Source: Octopus bimaculoides
Lineage: Eukaryota
Reading direction: 5' to 3'
Assembly: GCF_001194135.2 (NCBI RefSeq)
Contig: NC_068985.1
Location: 54,070,393 to 54,134,392 of the forward strand
Length of the DNA stretch: 64,000 nt
The notes under the pieces were generated by a model. That model made no database searches, was not told where the DNA came from, and saw only the letters and a program-made list of their open reading frames with translations. Numbering within the stretch: the first letter of the stretch is position 1; each line of letters opens with the position of its first letter. Position numbers and translations under genes: made by a program. Below are positions 1 to 10,900 of this stretch, piece after piece.

Positions 1-510
1 TTATCCCTGCATGAACAGTTGGTTTCATTTTGTTGTTTTTTTGTGTGATTATATTTTTAAAATTAGTAGTTGAGCTAAAACTGATTTTTAAGTTATATCT
101 AATGAAGAGCTTTCTGCAATTATGATTGATTGGAAAATGTCTATCTATAAGTGATAAAAACTATTTAACTACATTAAAGGTCGCTTCGGAGGAGTAAGGG
201 GTTGTGAACCAGATAGTTTTCCTATTCCTATGTTTCCTTTTCATTATTATTGGACTGGAAACAGGTGTACAGGTTATTTCCTCACTAAATCAACTATCTT
301 TTAGAGCATTATTATATACTGGGGCAACACTATTAAGAATGTCCCTATCGGAGGAGAGGCTAGAAATTCTTTTGCTAATGTTTTTAACTAAATTCTTAAA
401 CACTATGGGGGGATGGCAGGAACCCACATTAATGTAACTAAATCTATCGTTGGGCTTCCTATAAGGTTTGTAAATATTCTTATTTAGATCTAAGGTACAT
501 CTAGGAAATT
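1..510 (-). mobile_element. Penelope-like retroelement ORF remnant (RT end/thumb and linker)
   Basis: Translates as NFLDV/TLDLN...YKPYRKPND..YINVGSCHPP....ISKRISSLS....APVYNNALK...IWFTTPYS...FLSLIDRHFP...KISFS, with frameshifts and stops. Runs off the window start. Confidence 0.85.
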
Positions 511-544
511 TTATTGCTTTATATATTTTTTCTGTATATTACCT

Positions 545-975
545 TTCACCCTGCATTTTCTTGTGCATGTGCATATATAGACATGTATATGAACATATTT
601 GTGCGCGTATGGGTATACGTGTGTGTGTGTGTGTGGGGGTATGTATGTGTACATGTGTATTGTTGCATATATATGTATACATATAGGTGTGTTTGTAGGT
701 GTGCAGGTATGTGTTTCATGCAAGTGTGAGTGAGCATATGCATATACAGCATATGTGATTTTAGACATGCATATGAATATAATTGTGCATGTATGGGTAT
801 GTGTATGTGCGTGTGCATGTGTACGGATATGTAGGTGTACATGTGTATGGTTGCATATATATGTGCACATATAGATGTGTGAGTATGCATGTATGTTTCA
901 TGCGAGTGTGAGTGAGCATATTTGCACATGTACATGGGTGTGCGCACATGTGTATGTATGTACATGTGTGCATAT
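545..975. repeat. Degenerate (TG/TA) minisatellite with an internal duplication of roughly 180 bp
   Basis: The blocks gtgtacatgtgtatNgttgcatatatatgt and tttcatgcNagtgtgagtgagcatat each occur twice. Confidence 0.7.
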
Positions 976-1133
976 GCAAATTCTATGAGCATTTTTTTAC
1001 TTTCTCCCCTTTGGGTTTTTTTCCCTTTATTTAACGGTCATTCTAATGGCCCTTTTGCTTATCTTAATAACAGTCATCTACATAATAATTTCTCTTTGTT
1101 TAACAGTCATTTTCATAGCATTTTTGTTTTTCT

Positions 1134-1196
1134 TAATAACTGACGAGATGCTGGCACAGATTTCCGCCCTGACATCCGAAACTCAGAGTTTTATTA
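1134..1196 (+). ncRNA. Type I hammerhead ribozyme motif with intact core
   Basis: Helix I TAATAA/TTATTA, core CTGACGA, helix II GATG...CATC plus one extra C, GAAA, helix III ACTC-A-GAGT, GTT cleavage triplet. Confidence 0.75.
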
Positions 1197-2100
1197 TGGC
1201 AACCGAATAATTGTCACATATTATATTACAGATAAATTCCTATATACTGGTCATTCAAATTCCAACACAGTCGAGTTTTCATGTTTTATCTTTATAATTT
1301 TATGATATTACATGTAACAATATTACAAGTACTTTCATGTTTAATTACAATCTTGAGGTAGTATAGATATTTATATTTATAAAAATAGCTTGTCTGCTGG
1401 ATTGTAAGTCTTTGACAACCCTGCCTAAGTCTTAAGGTGTTTAAGATGAAATAAAAAATTGATTTGTTTGTGTGTGTGGGGGGGGGCGGATTTTGTTAAC
1501 ATCCACTAACTAAAGGAGAGTGTTGACATTCTAAATAAACAAACTAATAAAGAAAAGACAAAACAGATTTGTAAGATATACAGAAAAGAAACAGAGTGAA
1601 GGAAAATACTGCATGAAATAACATGTGGGACTGCTACTGGATTACATTCACAGGAAATGGTGACCAAAATAAAAACAACAACAACAAGAAAGAAAACAAA
1701 GAGAGGAGAGAAGTAAACAAATAATAACAATAAGGAAAAAAAATAAAAAACAACAAACTAACTACTGTTGTTAATAGTAAGACAATAGTGAATAAAGTAA
1801 GACAATATATAGAATACAAGAACATATTGAATAGATGAAGTGAAAACAATATGAGAAAACAATGAACAGTGCTGAAACAAAAGACATTTTAATATAAAAC
1901 ATCATATAGACAAAACACAATGGAATAGATCAACTATTGATTACTTTGATGAAAGTACAGTCAACAACAACACTGTTAATCTAGAATTAGAAAAGTAGAA
2001 TGTGTTTGACTATAAAACTTAATTAACCAAAAAGTGAAGTTGTATGGTTTAACAAGTTGGCTCCTCCACTACAATTGTGTGTTTCTGGATAGTATCTCAC

Positions 2101-2166
2101 TTAACTTTCGGCTGATCAATTCGTTGTAAATGGAATCTGGAGCAGTGTCTATCAACAACGGATACA
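2101..2166 (-). CDS. Candidate cassette exon (YPLLIDTAPDSIYNELISRKL)
   Basis: ctcactagtcag acceptor, A|gtgaga donor, 66 nt, phase 1-1 matching the upstream donor. A competing AG lies 4 nt upstream. Confidence 0.4.
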
Positions 2167-2559
2167 CTGACTAGTGAGAAACTGACAAGCTGGTGGTACA
2201 CTTTTGTCAATGTCACTCTAAGAAATGCAATGAATTTATGATTAACCCATTGGACACGTGTAACCAATGATACTAGTGGTTACTAATTGTGAGAGAAATT
2301 ATAACTATATAAAATGAATAGTCAGTGTTGAACCCCTACTAAATAAATTTTCATGAAATGATTTTTAATAGATTTTAAAGGTTTTCAGAATTATGTCTTT
2401 TAGTGATAGAAATTAGTTAAAAATAAAATAAAATTATTTTACAATATTTTACAATGAACTTCTATATAATAATTCACATATTTTGTAGATAAATTTTAAG
2501 AATCCAGCACTTAACTAATATTAAGGATGCAACACCTAACTTTGGAATTTAAAGCTATA

Positions 2560-2945
2560 CCAATCCCTGAATTAGATATTACTGCATAGTACCAAAGATC
2601 CTGCCCTCTCCATCTAGAATAAAGACCCAATACTATAACAGCTTAGTGTTCAAAGGTCCACAGCTCTTCAATACCTTGCCCCTCCAGAATCTCAGAGATC
2701 TACAAAACATAGATGTAGATGTGCTCAAAAAACATTTAGACAAATTTTTATCTGAGATACCAGATGAACCCACACTGCAGCAAGAAATGCAAAGAAGGGC
2801 AGTTTTGTCCAACTTACAGCTTCACCAGAACCAAATCTGGAGTGAAGGCTGGGAAATGAGTTTGAAGTCAACTAGTAATTACACAAATGGTGGTGCCCCA
2901 ATATGGTCACAGCCTCTGACTGACACCAGTAAAAGAAAAAGTTAA
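2560..2945 (+). mobile_element. LINE 3' fragment (CR1/L2 group)
   Basis: CIVPKI...NSLVFKGPQLFNTLP...LKKHLDKFLSEIPDEP resembles the C-terminus of CR1/L2-group ORF2. Confidence 0.7.
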
Positions 2946-4796
2946 ACTATTACGAGAGTGGTTATTGGAATTCTTGGACAGATTTTTGCTTTGGAAATGT
3001 CCGAAAGAAAAGAGATGATACAAAAACAATTTGATTGGTCAGAAATAAATAACAATGCAAAATAAGTTTCATTTAAAATAATATTACACATCCTGCACAA
3101 AGATCCTATTTACTATGCTTTACTATACAAATTTTAGATTAATAAAGTATTCGTTAATGGCAATATATGTTTTCAAATGTTGATTACTTTCAATACTTCA
3201 AATATACTAATTAGTTAATGATACTGGGATTAGGTGAATGGGGGAGTTTAAAGTTGTGAATACTAATTAATTCAAACTAATACTTAATCTAAATTACGTA
3301 ATTATGGTTACCTAAGCCCCTGAATGAACAAGATCTAGATGCTGCTCCCCTGCATAATACAGTGTTAAGGAACATTGTAGTGTAATGATATCTGAAGAGT
3401 GCCAGTTTTGGTTAGATAAACAAGAAATGGAAAATATCTTGATGGTTCTTAAAACTCCTGGAAAAAGAAAAATCAACAGTCAAACTGGTAGAATTTATTT
3501 AAACAACTAATCAAACAACAATAATAATAATAATGCACGGGTGCATTTAAACATATAAACAGTTTGAGATGGAGAACACTTGTAACAACTAAGTTAATGA
3601 ATGACATTAAGATTTGTGTATAGCTTCCAGAGAACAAGAGAAAGAGTTCAGTGAAGAAGACTTTAGAGTTTAGAAAAACAAATTTAAAGAAAGCTGAATA
3701 GAATTTAGAGAAGAGACATCTCTAATATATTGTTTATAGAGTAGAGATGGGACAGGGGTTGGAATTGCAGATGGGTATAGAGACAAGTGATAATGAATAC
3801 ACAATAGACAAAAGGTCTTTGTGTTGGATGATGAAAGGCTACACTGAGGCAGAGAGACAGAAACAGGCGTCTTGCTGCAGAGGAGGTACAAGGTTACCCA
3901 GCCAGAGAAAGAGAGAGATCAGGAATGAAGACAGAAACAGATGCACTGCCGCAAAGGAAATACATGGTTGCCCAAACCTGAGGGAAGTGCGGGAGAATTT
4001 AAAATAAGCAGAACAACAGCATGATGACATTGTTAATGGTTTATAAGACATTAGATCCAAGAGATGGTGGCTATTTCATATCCATTCTTTAAAATGCATA
4101 GCTGGGCAGGTAATTTGGAGGTTAGATAATTATGCCTTATAGCATAGTATTTTTTTTTTATATTAGCTTTTTGGCATCCAAGAAGTGCAAACAAACTGGT
4201 ATATTGAATTAATTGCAAGTCCTTCTCTTTCAAAATGGTTTTGAACTACAAAATTTATTGATGATGTTTACCACTTACAGCTATTTTTTTTTTTTTGTAT
4301 TTCAAAAAGTTTTCTATTTATTTCTGTTTATCTTAAACAAACACATATGTATACATAACCAGCTATTGCAAATGAGCAAGTAGGATTCAATGGAAAAAAT
4401 CTTTGGGAATAATAGCCAATGCTATAATTCTCATACATACATTTATGTATCATAAGCTCTGTGATATATATATATATATGAGAGATGGAGCAGGTGAGGG
4501 TAAGATCTTAAAATGGATGTCTGAGCAATGAAGAAAATAAAGAAAAGTAAAAAGGATGATATCAAATGGAAACAGAAAAACACAAGAAAGAAAGAATTAG
4601 TAGATTAATTTGAAGAAATAGAGTAATAGCAATAAAGTGATGGTTCAGATAGAGTAATGGTAATAAGGGGAGGGTTCAGATGACAGTTGATTGTTTAAAA
4701 CATATTTTAATTTTTTTTTTATATTGGTCATTAGAGAATACATAAATGAGTTGAATAGGAAAACCAAAAGAGTCTGAGTAAAAATTGAAATCTTAC

Positions 4797-4960
4797 CAAT
4801 AGGAGACTGTACTGACTCAGCACGTGCAATCGCTACATCAGATATGATGACATCTTCCGGACCAGCAAAATGTGCTTCTGGTTGGTGGGCCTCATCGGCC
4901 TTCTCCACATTCAATCTTTCATCGGTTAATTGACCAAGGTGTTCTACAACATCTCTATCT
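4797..4960 (-). CDS. RhoGEF post-PH exon (DRDVVEH...GPEDVIISDV...ESVQSPI)
   Basis: ttaaaag acceptor, G|gtaaga donor, 164 nt, phase 2-1, matching the preceding exon. Confidence 0.85.
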
Positions 4961-7900
4961 CTTTTAATAGAATAACAAAGTCCAAAATAAACAAACTTGC
5001 TTTTTTTTTTTTAAAATAATACATTTAATAATACAGGTACCACCGATTTTCTGGTAACTGACAGTCCATCATCTCCTAACATCTGGTTAAATTATAGGGG
5101 TAATTTGAAATTCTTGTAGTCACCAGTCGAATTCACTGTACAACCACAGGTGGCATTGTGGGTACTGTGTGCTTATATACATTCATTACACTGCAGTCTA
5201 GATCTTTTGTTTATTTAGCTTAAATTTACTTTTAGTTATGGCTACAACATGTAAGGGAACCAAGTGCATCAGTGGTTGTGACAAATGTAAACATCAATCC
5301 ATATCAATCCAAAATAAAGAAGTAGACTTGTTGAAAAATGGACCTTGGTGTTTCAGTACATAAGTTGTATGATATCTGTGGCATGGGAAGTGCATAACTA
5401 GTAGGTTAGAGAAGTGTTGATGAATTATTATTACATGGCCAGGATGGTCCAGAAAAACAGCATAAAGATACCAGAAAATTGATGATGTACCTGTACACAA
5501 CATCTAACTGAAATATTTAAAGTAAGAACATTGACAATTGATATAGTTGTTATTTGATCACCTTCAGCAAGAGACACAACTCTGTCATCATCATTTAGCA
5601 TTCGTTTTTCATGCTGGCATGGGTTACATGGCTTGACTGAGACTGGTAAACCAGAGAGCTGCACCAGTCTCCAGTTTAATTTGGCCTGGTTTATTTGGCT
5701 GGATGCCCCCTTTTTAATGCCAGCCATTTCAGAAAGTGTACTGGGTACCTTTTACATGTTATTAGCATAGCCTTTTATGTGTTACTGGCACTGTCCACGA
5801 CTACAGTTTCATTTGCTTCATGTGTCTTCTCAAGCATAGCGAATTGCAAAAAGTCTCAGTCCCTTGTCATTACCTCCGTGAGACTCGTATTTCACCACCT
5901 CATCATCGTTTAACGTCCGCTTTCTATGCTAGCATGGGTTGGACGATTTGACTGAGGACTGGTGAACCAGATGGCTACACCAGGCTCCAATCTGATTTGG
6001 CAGAGTTTCTACAGCTGGATGCCCTTCCTAACACTAACCACTCCGAGAGTGTAGTGGGTGCTTTTACGTGCCACCGGCACGAAGGCCAGTCAGGAGGTAC
6101 TTGAAAAACAGGATTTTAACTCAGAACATAAAGAACTAGAAGAATTATCTCAAAGCGTGTTAGTGGGACTGAACCCAAAACCACATGGTTGCAAAGCAAG
6201 CTTCTTAAACGTATAGCCATGGTTGTACATAAGCTACTACTTATAAAATGAGAAAAAAATATTGTATATCTTGTAAAAGGTTCCAGATGTCGACCTCATC
6301 TTTCTCTTGTATAAGAAATGAATGTATGTATTACCTATTATCTTATATGTTAATGTGAAACTAAAGGTTACAGCCTCTAATATAGACATGAAATAAAACA
6401 GATGAAAACAACAAACATAGCTGTTTCTTTATCAAATCTACTACTGCCAGCTTTTCAATGTTCAGTAATATTTTTGGAGATGATAGAATTGGTAGAGTGC
6501 CAAATGAAATATCTTGCAGTTTTTGATTGTAGTTCTCTGAATTCTGAGTTCAAATCTTGTTGGAGTCAATTTTGTCTTTCATTGTTCCAGAGTTTGAAAA
6601 AAAATAAAATGCAAGTGAAATATGAGGAATTGATGGAATGAACTCCATCTCTTCTCTTAATGTGGAGCCTTGAACCAATGTCAGAAATCCTCATCACCAT
6701 CATTATTATTATTGTATAAAAGAAATCATCATTATTATTATTATTATTATTAGTAGTAGTAGTAGTAGTAGTAGTAATTATTATCGACATTGTTTTAATG
6801 TCCACTTTTCCATGCTTGCATGTGTTGGACAGAGTTTACTGAGGCAGATTTTCTATGGCCAGATGCCCTTCTCACTAATGCTCTAAGCAAGGTAATAATA
6901 CGGACAGACATGTATCCAAAGAACATTGGAAACGAATGACACTGCTTGTACAACAGTGACACTCATTTACAACTATTACACAATGTCAAGAGGACTCCAG
7001 CACCCTTCTATGTTAAACTTATGTACTGAGAGAAGAAACTTACTTCAAACCACCAGTATCGGGTTGTAGCTGGTCTGTTCCAATACTGTCGGTCTTTCTC
7101 TGTGCTTCCGTTGTGCTGTGTGTTGTTGTTGTTGTTGGTGTTGTGGCTGCTGTTGTCGTTGCTGTTGCTGCTGTTGTTGTTGCTGTTGCTGTTGTTGTTG
7201 TTGTTGTTGCTGCTGTTAGTGTTGATGTTATGGACGTACTATTTGTAGTCGTTGGCGTAGATACAGTACTACTGGCAGTGACTGTCGTATTTGACTTCAG
7301 TTTTTTGTCGTATGTATCCACAGCACTTTGTATACATTTGAACCACCTAAGAAATAAAAAGGAATTCACCAAGAGTACTAACACAGAAAACCGGTCTCAC
7401 TAGACTACTTACAAAGATAATTAAAAACACCTTTTAAAAATTTTGCCAAAATATTTCATGCTGGATTAGAGTCAATATTAATATTGTTGCACTAATCTAT
7501 TTGTTTCAGTCACTGGACTGTGGCCATGCTGGGGCACTGTCTTGAAATGTTTAGCTGAACGAATCAACCCCAGTACTTATTTTTTAATTGTAGTACTTAT
7601 TCTATCGTCTCTTTTGTCAAATCACTAAGCTATGAGGATGTAAACAAACCAACACCAACTGTCAATGGGCTTTTTTCAGTATCCATTTACCGAATATGTT
7701 CATGGACTTTTACTAGTCCAGAACTATAGAAGAAAACAGATGGTGAGAAAATAAATCATCATCATCATCACCGTATGATGTCCAGACAAGGACACAAAAA
7801 TACTCCCACGTACATACATACATATATACAAGATGTGCTTCTATAGTTTTCATCTACTAAATTTATTCCCAAGGCTTTGATCTACCCAAGGCTGTAGCAG

Positions 7901-10900
7901 AAGACACTTGCCCAAGGTGCCATGTTGTGGGACTGAGTCTGAAACCAAGTGGTTAAGAAGAGAATATCTTAACCAGGAAGCTAAAAAAGTTTATAATTAA
8001 TGTGCATTTGCTGTCTTGGTAATAGTGGTGACAATGAAGTTATTTTTAAAAATTCTGAAGTAATTATCATCTTTAACAAATATTTTATATATACTCACTC
8101 TCTCATGCTATTTTCTCATCATCAACACTCAATGTCTATTTTCCATGCTTACATGGGTTGGATGGTTTGACAGGAACTGGCAAGGTCAAGGGCTGCACCA
8201 GGTTCAATAGTCTGTTTTGGCTTGGTTTCTATGGCTGCATGCCCTTCTTAATGCCAACCACTCTACAGGATTTACTAGCTGCTTTTTTGTGGCACCATCA
8301 TCTTAAACATTACTAAGAAGGACTGAAAAACTGTTGAGCTTAAGATCCTGAATAGGATAACAGGAACTCAACAGTACAGTCCCTAGTCTGACTTTGATTA
8401 CTAGATTTATCTTCATTTTGGTTTTGTAAAATGCAGAGATAATGTTGCTTCTGCTTCAGTTAGGCCTTTTATTATTATAGCTTGCCCATTAACAAACAGG
8501 AATTACCACAAATATTATCTCAAGCAATGTTTTCTTTGGTGATACAATAATATAGCTGATTTACTCCCTACAGTAACCCTTTGATACCAACTTAACTGAG
8601 GCTGCCCCTGCTTCTATTAACTCCTTGCAGACAGGAAGCGGTTCTGACCACACCAAAATACTGTGTGTGTGTGAGCAGTGCGATGTCTTGCTCTGTGTGG
8701 TACCATGTTTTCATATATACTACATTGAGAAGAATCTGTAAATACACTGTAAAATTTCTTGTATGAAAAATTATGTAGTTACTGAACGGTGTAATACCAA
8801 TATATAGCACAGACTGTTTGTACTAAATCCGTCTGCAAAGGGTTAAACAAGTTTCTTGTTTTAACTATTTTGATATCACCCCCTTTTCAGACCATCTTTA
8901 TTGCTATCCGGTCTTAAAGTAATCTAAATTACAAACCTTTCATCAAGATTTCATGTTAATTTATGTTCCAAGCATCAGCTTAATAATACTCTTTACTCTT
9001 TTACTTGTTTCAGTCATTTGACTGTGGCCATGCCTTTAGTCAAGCAAATCGACCCCAGGACTTATTCTTTGTAAGCCTAGTACTTATTCTATCGGTCTCT
9101 TTTGCCGAACCATTAAGTTATGGGCACGTAAACACACCAGCATCGGTTGTCAAGCGATGTTGGGGGAGGGGGACAAACACAGACACACACATACATATAT
9201 ATATAGTGAAGTTATTTTACTAAATAGTGAAGTTATTTTACTAAATCCTTTATTATTTTAAAAATTAAATGAAACAAAGGNNNNNNNNNNNNNNNNNNNN
9301 NNNNNNNNNNNNNNNNNNNNNNNNNNNNNNNNNNNNNNNNNNNNNNNNNNNNNNNNNNNNNNNNNNNNNNNNNNNNNNNNNNNNNNNNNNNNNNNNNNNN
9401 NNNNNNNNNNNNNNNNNNNNNNNNNNNNNNNNNNNNNNNNNNNNNNNNNNNNNNNNNNNNNNNNNNNNNNNNNNNNNNNNNNNNNNNNNNNNNNNNNNNN
9501 NNNNNNNNNNNNNNNNNNNNNNNNNNNNNNNNNNNNNNNNNNNNNNNNNNNNNNNNNNNNNNNNNNNNNNNNNNNNNNNNNNNNNNNNNNNNNNNNNNNN
9601 NNNNNNNNNNNNNNNNNNNNNNNNNNNNNNNNNNNNNNNNNNNNNNNNNNNNNNNNNNNNNNNNNNNNNNNNNNNNNNNNNNNNNNNNNNNNNNNNNNNN
9701 NNNNNNNNNNNNNNNNNNNNNNNNNNNNNNNNNNNNNNNTTGAGTACATCAACCCCGAAAGGATGAACAGCAAAGTCGGCCTCAGCGGAATTTGAGCTCA
9801 GAACATAAAGAGGGATGAAATGCTGCCAAGTATTCTGCCCAGTATGTTAAAGGTTCTACCAGCTTAGATAAAGGAAATATTAGGAAGAATTTTGGTAAAA
9901 AATTAGATTAGTTAAGGATTATTCTTTTACAATTCAGTGAAAGACAACAAAAAAAAAAAAAAAGCTATTAGCCATCTCAGAGATTTTTCTAAAAGCAAAC
10001 TCCAATATGCTTTTATGCTTTGTTTAAGGAAAACAGTATATTTAGTTTTAGCAAGTCAGTGTTTATATGCAAACTACGTGATCAACATTTTATATTAACC
10101 AATTTAAAAACTTTTAATACCTCCAATGATATTTTGATACAATATCTTAAAATGATTTCAAAGATGAGACATTCAAAAAGAGTTATTCTCATAACATATA
10201 AATACCTGGTTATAAAAGATTATAGAATGTGCGGGGGGTGGGGGTGGGGGGCACATTTTTATTTTTGCTTTTTGAGCCCTAGGATTCATAAGGCTGGTTA
10301 CTCAGTTTCCACAGCATATAAGTGGCCAAGATCAAAACAATCTCCTTAAACTGGATGCCTGCCTGCCTGCTGCAGGGTTAAAGGGCAACGATTTTGAAGG
10401 AAGGCCAGCTGTGTAAAGAAGTACTAATCTCTAACTGTGGAGGAAACCTGTGGTAGAGGTAGACCAAGGAAGACATGGGACAAGGTGGTAAAGCATGATC
10501 TTCAAACTTTGGGTCTCACAGAGGCAACGACTAGTGACCAAGTACACTGACCCCAGTACTTGACTGGCACTTTATTTAATCAACCCCAAAGGGATGAAAA
10601 ACAAAGTTGACCTTGACTGGATTTGTATTCAGAATGTAAATAGCTGGAAGAAAAGCTGCTAAGCATTTTTGTCTGGCATGTTAGCAATTCTGCCAGCTCG
10701 CCACATTTGGGACACGCATGACAAAAACAAAAAAAAAAAAGTTTTGTACTTACTGGTAGCAACATTACGTGTTAACACTTTGTCAATGTCTAAAATAGGC
10801 CGGTGTGTAAATTTACAACGCATATCTGTGCCTTGTCCTCCTACAAGTATAGCTGTATCGTGACATTTAAGAACTAATCGATCATCTTGTTTCTGTAGAA

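Noticed and set aside
511-992. Overlapping His/Thr/Val/Cys-rich ORFs (similar ones at 36560-37020, 42642-43077, 52212-52433, 57086-57466, 60476-60839)
   Set aside because: They are translations of microsatellites, which lack stop codons.
3250-3460. Possible Penelope remnant (DAAPLHNTVLR), hammerhead-like CTGAAGA, and a minus-strand acceptor at about 3458
   Set aside because: The similarity is too short, there is no helix III, and the phase-1 frame ends in TAG with no family similarity.
9258-9773. Long ORFs in the track, also 13334-14002 and 50658-51756
   Set aside because: They are open only because they cross N gaps.
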